64,000 nucleotides of DNA from the NCBI GenBank assembly GCA_041671505.1, contig JBAZBK010000001.1, positions 5,582-69,581 on the forward strand. Direction: 5' to 3'. Source of the stretch: Thermoanaerobaculia bacterium (lineage in GTDB: Bacteria > Acidobacteriota > Thermoanaerobaculia > Gp7-AA8). Shown here one piece after another: positions 8,783 through 16,095 of this stretch (position 1 is the stretch's first letter; every line of letters begins with the position of its first letter). The notes beneath the pieces are model-generated. The model was not told the origin of the DNA, did not search any database, and was given only the letters and a program-made list of their open reading frames with translations. The position numbers were made by a program, and so were the translations under genes.

Positions 8783-10261
8783 TCACGCGTCCGCCCCCGC
8801 GACTGATCCGGGGCTGAAGCTTCCGTCATGGCTGCGCTGGCGTCGCGCGAAACTCACGATCGATGCGCGGAACGTCTCGAGAAGTCGCCGCGCGCGGGCG
8901 TCGTCGAGCGCTTCGATCTCGCGAGAGGCGCTCTCCAGCGCCCGTTCGGAGCGCGTGAGCTCTGCCGCCGACCATGCGCGGAACGCTTCGCTGCAGCGCA
9001 GCTCGCCCACCGAGACGTTCGACCAGGCTGAACGAGGCACGTTGACGAGCCCGTGCGCGAGGTCGTCGTCGAGATCGCGGAAGACCGAGCACCAGGCGAG
9101 CGCACCGAGCAGCGCCGGGACATCGCTCGCTCGCGCGCGACAGCCGGTGACGACGAGCATCAGGTCGACCGAGAGCTCGAAGGTACGGCGATGATGCGCG
9201 GCGAGCTGCCGTTCGTCCCAGACGGCTCGCGCGAGAACACGCTCACGATCGACGCGCATTTCGCACACGAGCGCGATGAATTCGGCCTGCGGGTCGGCCT
9301 CGTCCGAGCGAATGGCGTCGAGCTCCGCGAAGAGCGCTCCCGTCAGTCGGGAGAGTGGTTCCGACGTGAACCGCCGACGCGTCATCTGGTCGATGAGCTC
9401 GTCGACGACCTCGAGCGGTTCCCGCGCCGACGCACGGTCGCCATCGAGCAAGTCGTCGATCCACTGCGCCGTGCAGAAGGCGAAGCGCACGGCACGCCTC
9501 GCGCGCCAGCGAAGAAGCGAGGGAAGCCAGATCGCGAGAAAGATCACGAAGTAGCGGCGGTGCCTGATGGAGAATCGCGCGCACTGCTCGAGACAGCAGA
9601 GCTCGGCCCAGAGATTCGAGCGCGATTCCCGCCGCTCGAGAGGCCGGTAGACGAGCAGTATTCCCGCCGCCGCGAGCGCGGCTCCACCGACGAGATCGAC
9701 GAGATGATGCTCCTGGATCAGCAACGCAGACGCCGCCACCGCCGCGCTCCAGCCGATCCAGAGCGCGCGCCCCATCGCACCGGAGCGGCGCGCATAGGCC
9801 CACGCCGCCGTGCAGGCGAAGGCGACGTGAAGCGACGGGAACTGGTTGTACTCGAGGTTGATCGCGTCGGCGAGATTGAAGAAGCCGGCGGCCCAGCCGT
9901 GAACGACGGGGCGCGCGAAGGCGGTCGTCTGCGGGAATGCGAAGAAGAAAGCAGTGGCCACGAGCGTCTCGATGACGAGGGCTGCCCAGAGCGGTACGAG
10001 CTCTCCCGGACTGCGAAACACGAACGGCGCGAGCATCAGCGCAGGAGTGATCGTGAGGTAGACGATCGCGAGCGACGGCACGAACGGGAGGCTCGACTCG
10101 AACGGCAGATCCCAGGCAGAGAGGCCGATGAGGCGCGACGTCCACCACGACGCCCCTCCGTAACAAAGCGCAAAGAGAATCGCGAATGCCGCGCAGAGCG
10201 GGATCGTGCTCCGAAGCTCGCGTCCGGGCCAGGCGAGAAAGGCCTCTCGCGGCGCCGTCAT
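8783..10261 (-). CDS. Fusion protein: N-terminal PAP2_3 (Aur1/IPC-synthase-like phosphotransferase) membrane domain plus C-terminal squalene/phytoene synthase family domain
   Basis: Start set at the ATG at 10261, which overlaps the stop of the upstream desaturase gene (ATGA). The N-terminal half is multi-TM with PAP2 motifs FPSLHVA and HHLVD. The C-terminal half carries both Asp-rich SQS/PSY motifs: FAFCTAQWIDDLLDGD (compare YAFCRvADDviD) and FRDLDDDLAHGLVNVP (compare RDxxeDxxxGRxYLP). The 781-aa ORF listed (to 11128) has 289 Arg-rich N-terminal codons overlapping the desaturase gene and is rejected. Confidence 0.75.
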   Translation of the reverse strand: MTAPREAFLAWPGRELRSTIPLCAAFAILFALCYGGASWWTSRLIGLSAWDLPFESSLPFVPSLAIVYLTITPALMLAPFVFRSPGELVPLWAALVIETLVATAFFFAFPQTTAFARPVVHGWAAGFFNLADAINLEYNQFPSLHVAFACTAAWAYARRSGAMGRALWIGWSAAVAASALLIQEHHLVDLVGGAALAAAGILLVYRPLERRESRSNLWAELCCLEQCARFSIRHRRYFVIFLAIWLPSLLRWRARRAVRFAFCTAQWIDDLLDGDRASAREPLEVVDELIDQMTRRRFTSEPLSRLTGALFAELDAIRSDEADPQAEFIALVCEMRVDRERVLARAVWDERQLAAHHRRTFELSVDLMLVVTGCRARASDVPALLGALAWCSVFRDLDDDLAHGLVNVPRSAWSNVSVGELRCSEAFRAWSAAELTRSERALESASREIEALDDARARRLLETFRASIVSFARRQRSHDGSFSPGSVAGADA

Positions 10262-11265
10262 GATGCGAGCCTCTCCGCGTCCGGAATCTCGGCATTCGCG
10301 GGAAGCGGACGCGGACCGCGCCACATCTGCAGGTAGATCGTCCAGAACGAAGGCCGTTCTTCGCTTCGATCCACGAGCCCCCCGAGATGAATCCACGGAA
10401 CCTGGGGATGGCGGTGGTGCGCCAGGTGATGGTGGTAGTTGAGAAAGAGCCTTCGTGTGAGGCCGTTCACCCGCAGATTCCATGCGCCATCGCGTACGTC
10501 GAGCTTCGAGAAGGCGTGGTCGGTGTACTGCAGCGAGCTCCAGTTGAGCGCGAAAGCGGCGTAGCAGGCGAGCCATCCCGTCCAGCTGAGATCGAGCACC
10601 TGGAACATCGCCACCTGCACCGCGGCGCTGCAGAGCAGCTCGAGCCGGATCCTGACTCCCGATGCGTCGGCGAGACCCGCGAACATCGACGCCCCGCCCG
10701 TCTGCAGTGCGAGCTGCGAGTCGCGCGCCCCGAGGAACCTTGTCTGAAATGCCCGCGGAACGATGAAGTAGACGAGCCCGCCGAGCGGAACGAAGAGCCA
10801 GTAGAGCCCGGTGAGGATCGCGTACCACTGCGCGTACTTCAGGACGACGTTGTCGCCGGGATGAACATAGTCGAACTGCTCTGCCGCCGTCCGGTTGCGC
10901 GCGTGGTGCGCGAGGTGAAAGACGCGCTGTAGTGCGAGCCCGGTCGGAAAGAACGCCGCGGCGAGACGCCCGATCCACTCGTTCAGACCCCGATGCGCGT
11001 GAGCGATTCCGTGCACCGACTCGTGCAGCAGCGCGAACATCGTGTTGTTGAGGAAGGCGAAGGTGATCGCGGCGACGACGACGGTCCAGGTCGAGCCATG
11101 TGAAGCGAGACGCAGCAGGAAGGCGCAAGATGCGGCGACGGCGACGAGGAGCACGAGATTCCAGCTCCCCGGAATCGGGTAGTCACCGTTACGTGGAAGC
11201 CGCAAATCGCCGATGAGGATCATCCTTTGTCTCTTGTTCCCCTCAGACCGCCATCTCACTGACAT
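10258..11265 (-). CDS. membrane fatty-acid desaturase/hydroxylase superfamily protein (CrtW/DesA-like di-iron His-box enzyme)
   Basis: Three His boxes, HESVHG, HLAHHAR and HHHLAHHRHP, with several hydrophobic segments. An alternative start is at 11223. Confidence 0.8.
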   Translation of the reverse strand: MSVRWRSEGNKRQRMILIGDLRLPRNGDYPIPGSWNLVLLVAVAASCAFLLRLASHGSTWTVVVAAITFAFLNNTMFALLHESVHGIAHAHRGLNEWIGRLAAAFFPTGLALQRVFHLAHHARNRTAAEQFDYVHPGDNVVLKYAQWYAILTGLYWLFVPLGGLVYFIVPRAFQTRFLGARDSQLALQTGGASMFAGLADASGVRIRLELLCSAAVQVAMFQVLDLSWTGWLACYAAFALNWSSLQYTDHAFSKLDVRDGAWNLRVNGLTRRLFLNYHHHLAHHRHPQVPWIHLGGLVDRSEERPSFWTIYLQMWRGPRPLPANAEIPDAERLAS

Positions 11266-11287
11266 ACGAATCGCTGGTGAAAGCCGG

Positions 11288-11432
11288 TGTCATCCCGAGC
11301 GAAGCGAGGGATCTGCTTCAGACCCCACTGACCGCTTCCTCAACAAGAGTCACGGCCATTCGGGCCTGTTCTCGCTGAGGAGTCGGTCAATTCACCCTTC
11401 TTGCAGATTCCTCGCTGCGCTCGGAATGACAC
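11288..11432. repeat. MITE-like palindromic element (short variant of the TGTCATCCCGA-terminus family) inside the operon, between the desaturase and NTF2 genes
   Basis: Terminal inverted repeats TGTCATCCCGAGCGAAGCGAGG (11288-) and CCTCGCTGCGCTCGGAATGACA (-11432). The termini match those of the 160-bp elements at 27954, 47756 and 48522. Confidence 0.4.
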
Positions 11433-11472
11433 CTCGTCGAATCCCGCATTCTGCTCGAGTCGATTCTCCCCT

Positions 11473-12120
11473 TCAGGCCGCGGCTCCCATCCGCCCGGAG
11501 CGCTTCCCGATCACGAAGCCGACGAGGAGACCGAGCGGAAGAAGCACCATCGCCGTCCCGAAACCTAACTTCCTCACCTTCGCGAGAACCGGATTGTCGA
11601 AGACGTTCGCGGAGTAGTGAAAGCTCGCGATCAGCCAGCGATCGCCTTCGCGCACCATCGTGCAGCTCCACCGCCCCTTGATGTCGAACGTCTGCCCACC
11701 GACCAGCTCGTAGTGGTCGTTCGAGCTCCCGTAGGCGACGCCCGTGTCGCCCCCGTAGAGCGTCGTCAGGGCGTCCGCCTCGAACGCGACCTTCACGTCC
11801 TTCACGACGTGACCCGGCCCGTTGAGCATCTTGTCGAAGTAGGCGCGAATCGCGTCCTTCCCTTTGCAGACGTCGCCGTTCATCGTCGTGAATACGACGT
11901 CGGGCGTCACGTTCGCGACGATCGTCTCGAGGTCGCGCTCGTTGAGCGCCTTCGACATCGTCGCCTTCAGCTGGCGAAGCGCCTGATGCACGGCTTCGTC
12001 GTTTGCGGGCACCGGTGCGATGACCGGAGCCGGCGACGTCGCGGAAGCGGGCGCCGGCGCAGTCGCGCTCGGCGCGACGACCGCGATCAGCAGCAGGGTG
12101 GAAAGCAGTGAGCTCATCAT
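11473..12120 (-). CDS. NTF2/SnoaL-like fold protein with signal peptide and C-terminal TM anchor
   Basis: Start at the ATG at 12120 (MMSSLLSTLLLIAVVAPSATA..., GAGGAG Shine-Dalgarno 5 nt upstream). Its ATG overlaps the upstream Rieske gene stop (ATGA). The ORF listed to 12432 has an Arg-rich extension inside the Rieske gene and is rejected. Confidence 0.5.
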   Translation of the reverse strand: MMSSLLSTLLLIAVVAPSATAPAPASATSPAPVIAPVPANDEAVHQALRQLKATMSKALNERDLETIVANVTPDVVFTTMNGDVCKGKDAIRAYFDKMLNGPGHVVKDVKVAFEADALTTLYGGDTGVAYGSSNDHYELVGGQTFDIKGRWSCTMVREGDRWLIASFHYSANVFDNPVLAKVRKLGFGTAMVLLPLGLLVGFVIGKRSGRMGAAA

Positions 12121-13238
12121 GTCTCCTCTCGCTCGAATCGGGGAAGGTCGCAGAGATACTGATAGCAGGCGTCGAGTGTCGCATCGCGCTCGTCGTCGAA
12201 ACGCGGGTGGAACCTGATTCCCTGGAGAGCCCTCACGTCGCGCCTGAGAAACGCGATGAAGAGGAGCTTCGCAAGGTGCGCGTGGATGACGTGAAGCCCC
12301 GATGGACGCCTCGGCACGCCGACGAGCGGCAGCAGCGACACGCCGCCCGAAACCGGACGCAGGCTCACGATGAGGAAGCTGCGCCTCGTTCCCACGGTCG
12401 CTTCGACCACGACCATGCTCCCGCCGGCACAAGTGACGACGTTGCGGATGTCATCGCCCGACAGCGCGCGCATCGCCCGGTCGCTCCACCCATCCCCCGT
12501 AACCGACGTCGCGTATCGAATCCGGAACGTCATCGCGTCGGGCCGATCGATCTCCGGCTCGCAGTGGAGACGACGCCGATGCACGCTGCCGAGATGCGCC
12601 ATGTCGAATGCGTTGGCGACCGGCACGAACCAGGGGCAGTCGATGAACGCCGGCTTGCCCGATACGAAGAAGAGCGTCTCGGGATCGACGCCGGAGAACG
12701 AAGGGATCGGCAACGGAGGATTGGCGCCGAGGTAGACGAAGATCATCCCGAACTTCTCCGCAGCGCTGAACTGCCGGCGTCTCAACTCCGCGGGGACTTC
12801 GGCCCGTCCCGGAATCGATTCGCACGCGTCGCCGTAGAGCCAGTGGTGGAGCGGGCAGCGAAGGCGGTCGCCGACGACGTCGCCATGCGATAGATCGACA
12901 CCCTGGTGCGCGCAGTGCGCGGGAATCGCCCGGACGGTTCGCGACTCGCGGCCGCGGAACAGCACGATCTGCTCGCCGCCGACTTCGAACCGGCGCGCCT
13001 CGCCAGGACGCAGCGACGACGACGGCGCCAGCATGTACCACCACGGCACGAGCTGCGGCGGCACGCGCTCGGGAGGCGGTTCGTCGGAACGAACCTGCAG
13101 AAAGCGACCTTTCGAGGTCGCGATCAGCGGCCGGATGTGCGTCTCATGTTCAGGAATTCCGAAATTATAGGGCCGAAGCGCCACGCGCAGCACGTCGAGG
13201 TGGCCGCGGTCGCCGGGGAGCGCGAGGCCAGCGGGCAC
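12117..13238 (-). CDS. Rieske [2Fe-2S] domain non-heme iron oxygenase-like protein
   Basis: 373 aa. Rieske ligands CAHQG...(17 aa)...CPLHHW (CxH...CxxH) after a typical VPWWYMLAPSSSL...VLFRG lead-in, with a large C-terminal catalytic domain. Confidence 0.8.
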   Translation of the reverse strand: MPAGLALPGDRGHLDVLRVALRPYNFGIPEHETHIRPLIATSKGRFLQVRSDEPPPERVPPQLVPWWYMLAPSSSLRPGEARRFEVGGEQIVLFRGRESRTVRAIPAHCAHQGVDLSHGDVVGDRLRCPLHHWLYGDACESIPGRAEVPAELRRRQFSAAEKFGMIFVYLGANPPLPIPSFSGVDPETLFFVSGKPAFIDCPWFVPVANAFDMAHLGSVHRRRLHCEPEIDRPDAMTFRIRYATSVTGDGWSDRAMRALSGDDIRNVVTCAGGSMVVVEATVGTRRSFLIVSLRPVSGGVSLLPLVGVPRRPSGLHVIHAHLAKLLFIAFLRRDVRALQGIRFHPRFDDERDATLDACYQYLCDLPRFEREET

Positions 13239-13284
13239 GCCTCGACCCTGCCGTTCCGCACATCGCTCGAGCTCGAAGCTGAAT

Positions 13285-13326
13285 GGCTGCCCGCATAAAG
13301 AAAACTGCCCGGCGCGAATCGCTCGC
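13285..13326 (-). terminator. intrinsic terminator for the secreted-protein gene
   Basis: 12-bp perfect stem ctgcccggcgcg/cgcgccgggcag with a 7-nt loop, followed on the minus strand by TTTTCTTTATG. Confidence 0.5.
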
Positions 13327-13368
13327 GCCGGGCAGTGGAAACAACACCGCTGAAAGACTTGAAGACGC

Positions 13369-14175
13369 TTACTGCTGCTCGAGCGGCGTCTTCCCCGCCT
13401 TGTCTTCGATGCCGCGGACGAACACCTGGTCGCCCGACTTGTTGTCGACGACCGAGCCCCACGAGTAGATCGGCTGCGTCGACTCGAAGGTGACGAACCC
13501 GTCGTTGAACCACACCGTCCCGAAGAGCTCCGCCATCGACATCTGGCGCATGCTCTTCGGCGGGATCGTGATGACGAGCCCCTCGAGAAGCCTGACCCCG
13601 GGCGCGCCGTAGAGCACCGACTTGATCGTCGCAGGCTCGCTGCCCGGATTCATCACGCCGACGTTCGTACGGAATGACGTCGCTCCGGCGATGCCGGTGT
13701 CGAAGCTGTTCTTCAGGTGCAGCACCACCGTCTGCAGCTTCGCGTCGGAGAGCGACATCGCCGGCACGTACTGCCCGTAGGTTCCCTGTACAGCGGCGTT
13801 AGGCGAATCGGTGTAGATGCGCGAGTCGGCAACGAACTCGTAGCTCGCGTCGGTGTCGGAGTCGAGCCGGAGCGCGCCGATCGTGTTCGCCGTCTCCCCG
13901 AAGAAGTCTCCGACGATGTCGTTGAGCACGACCATCTGGCGCTTCGGCACCGTCACCAGCCGCCCGGGGATGTTCGTCCCCTCGACGCCCTGCGGCAGGT
14001 AGTGGATCGACACGCTGATGTCGTCCGTCGACGACGGGTTGAAGATCCGCACGTCGGTGCGGAAGAAGGTGTTGTTGCCACCGGCTACTTTCCCCGCGAC
14101 TGGGATGTACATGTTCTTCGCCGATGCGCCGAGAGCGAAGGTCGACAGGATCAACAGGTACAGGATGCGTTTCAT
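13369..14175 (-). CDS. secreted hypothetical protein
   Basis: Start at the ATG at 14175 (MKRILYLLILSTFALGASA signal peptide, AGGAGAT Shine-Dalgarno). The upstream part of the listed ORF has no Shine-Dalgarno and is not a signal peptide. Confidence 0.6.
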   Translation of the reverse strand: MKRILYLLILSTFALGASAKNMYIPVAGKVAGGNNTFFRTDVRIFNPSSTDDISVSIHYLPQGVEGTNIPGRLVTVPKRQMVVLNDIVGDFFGETANTIGALRLDSDTDASYEFVADSRIYTDSPNAAVQGTYGQYVPAMSLSDAKLQTVVLHLKNSFDTGIAGATSFRTNVGVMNPGSEPATIKSVLYGAPGVRLLEGLVITIPPKSMRQMSMAELFGTVWFNDGFVTFESTQPIYSWGSVVDNKSGDQVFVRGIEDKAGKTPLEQQ

Positions 14176-14394
14176 GGGCCGATCTCCTATGACGATTGTG
14201 AACACGGGGCCAGGACCTGGGGACCGCGAGAACGTCCGCGAAGCCCTTCGCGGACGAGTCACATGAATACGTTTCCTCGCGACATTCTGTTTCCGCCTTC
14301 CGGTTGCAAAATCGTTACGGGCGGGCGGGTCCTGCGGGCGGGAGGGCTCCCTAACAAACGAGGCCGTTTCCGGCCCGCTGCGAGGGAACGCGAG

Positions 14395-15276
14395 TTACTT
14401 CGGCCAGCGCACGAATTTTGAGGGCAGAGGCTGGAACTCCGAGGGGAGCGGCGCGGTGAAGAGCATCTTCCTGCCGGTCCGCGGGTGCAGGAATCCGAGA
14501 GTTCGCGCATGAAGGGCGAGGCGCCCGAACGGGTCGCTCGCCGCGCCGAAGCGCGCGTCGCCCGCGACGGGAAATCGCTGGTCCGCGAACTGCGCGCGGA
14601 TCTGGTTCCGTCGTCCCGTCTCCAGCGTCACCTCGAGCATCGAGTAGAGCTTTCCTCTCTCGACGACGCGATAGTGCGTGATCGCGAGCTTTCCACCGTC
14701 GCGCTCACCGACGACGCGCACCATCAGCGTGCGCGGTTCCTCACGGAGGTACGACCGGATGGCTCCCTCATCCGTAGGAGGGCCGCCCTCGACGATCGCG
14801 ACGTAGACGCGATCGATATCGTGCTCTTTGAACGTCTCCTTGAGCACGTCGCGCGCGAGGGGGCTCTTCGCCAAGAGCATCACCCCTGAGGTGTCGCGGT
14901 CGAGCCGGTGGACGATGTGGACCTTCTCGCGCTCACCGGCCCGCAGGTACTCATTCAGAAACGCCTCGGCCGTCTGCTCCGTCTCGTCCTTCGTCGCAAC
15001 GGAAAGCAGCCCCGACGCCTTCGCGACGACGATGACATCGTCGTCCTCGTGAAGGATCGACAGCGCGCCCGAGAGCCCCCGCAACTGCGAGCGGTTCGCG
15101 AGATCGATCTCGTCGCCCGGCACGACCCCGCGCCGCGCGTTCTTCTCGAGCACGCCATTGACGCTCACCCTCGACTGCTGAAGCATCTGCCGCAGCGTCG
15201 TCTTGCTCGACTCGGGAAAGCGGAGCGCGAGCGCGGAGAGGAGATCGGTCTTCGCATCGGCGACGAATTTCGGCAC
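14395..15276 (-). CDS. rluD: RluA-family 23S rRNA pseudouridine synthase (RluD-like, S4 + catalytic domain)
   Basis: N-terminal S4-like region and the HRLDRDTSGVMLLAK catalytic Asp motif. Confidence 0.85.
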   Translation of the reverse strand: MPKFVADAKTDLLSALALRFPESSKTTLRQMLQQSRVSVNGVLEKNARRGVVPGDEIDLANRSQLRGLSGALSILHEDDDVIVVAKASGLLSVATKDETEQTAEAFLNEYLRAGEREKVHIVHRLDRDTSGVMLLAKSPLARDVLKETFKEHDIDRVYVAIVEGGPPTDEGAIRSYLREEPRTLMVRVVGERDGGKLAITHYRVVERGKLYSMLEVTLETGRRNQIRAQFADQRFPVAGDARFGAASDPFGRLALHARTLGFLHPRTGRKMLFTAPLPSEFQPLPSKFVRWPK

Positions 15277-15478
15277 GAGAGGGATCTTAGCGCGATCACC
15301 GCCGATCTCGACTCGACATCCCGAAGGGATGTCAGAAGGTAGCCGGGGGTCGCCGCGCGAAGCGGGGCGACCCCCGGATGCAGCGAACGGGAAACCCGCA
15401 CCCCGGAAGCGGTGCCAGCGATTGACATTCCGACCATGGGAAGCTGCATCATTCGGCAGTCACCCGAAGGAGAACGCC

Positions 15479-15937
15479 ATGCGCAGAGCACCCCGACCCA
15501 CCCTCGAAATGAGCGACGCCCGGCAGCAGGGGCTCTTCAACATCGGCGAGGCCTCCGACGCCTCGGGTGTCAGCGCGAAGATGATCCGGCACTACGAGTC
15601 GATCGGGGTGATCCCGCCCGCAGACCGTACGTTCTCCAACTATCGCGTCTATTCGAGGAACGACGTCCACACCCTCCAGTTCGTCCGCCGTGCCCGCGAC
15701 CTCGGGTTTTCGATGAAACAGATTCAGGAGCTGTTAGGGCTCTGGCAGGGGCACAAGAGCAGCCGCGAGGTGCGCAAGGTCGCGCTTTCGCACGTCGCCG
15801 AGCTCGACGAGAAGATCCGTGAGATGGAGGCGATGAAGCGGACGCTCGAAACGCTCGCCTCGCACTGCCACGGCGACGACCGTCCCGAATGCCCGATCCT
15901 GGACGATCTGGCGGGAGAGGCAGGCGAGAGGCGATAG
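15479..15937 (+). CDS. cueR: MerR-family Cu(I)-responsive transcriptional regulator
   Basis: MerR HTH (GEASDASGVSAKMIRHYESIG) and a C-terminal CHGDDRPEC metal-binding loop as in CueR/HmrR. GAAGGAG Shine-Dalgarno 7 nt before the ATG at 15479. Confidence 0.85.
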   Translation: MRRAPRPTLEMSDARQQGLFNIGEASDASGVSAKMIRHYESIGVIPPADRTFSNYRVYSRNDVHTLQFVRRARDLGFSMKQIQELLGLWQGHKSSREVRKVALSHVAELDEKIREMEAMKRTLETLASHCHGDDRPECPILDDLAGEAGERR

Positions 15938-16095
15938 GCGAGAGGCGAAGAGCGGGCGTGTGGAGTGCGAAAGCGGAGCTTTCGCACTCCACATCACAAT
16001 GCCTCTCTGCCGGCTCTCGCCTCTCGCCTCTCGCCTCATCGCCTCATCGCCTCATCGCCTCATCGCCTCATCGCCTCATATCCTCACATTCCTCA
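15915..16095. repeat. GC-rich repeat region: CGCCTCT/CGCCTCAT heptamer-octamer tandem arrays flanking a perfect 14-bp-stem hairpin (15961-15991)
   Basis: tggagtgcgaaagc gga gctttcgcactcca, then (ctctcgc)x3 (ctcatcgc)x5. Lies between the convergent cueR and copA genes. Related copies occur at 26280-26580, 49717-50048 and as fragments elsewhere. Confidence 0.6.

Noticed and set aside
10262-11128. 289-codon N-terminal extension of ORF 8783..11128
   Set aside because: It overlaps the desaturase gene entirely and is Arg-rich and low-complexity. An ATG with ATGA stop/start coupling at 10261 gives a protein whose sequence begins at the first TM helix of the PAP2 domain.
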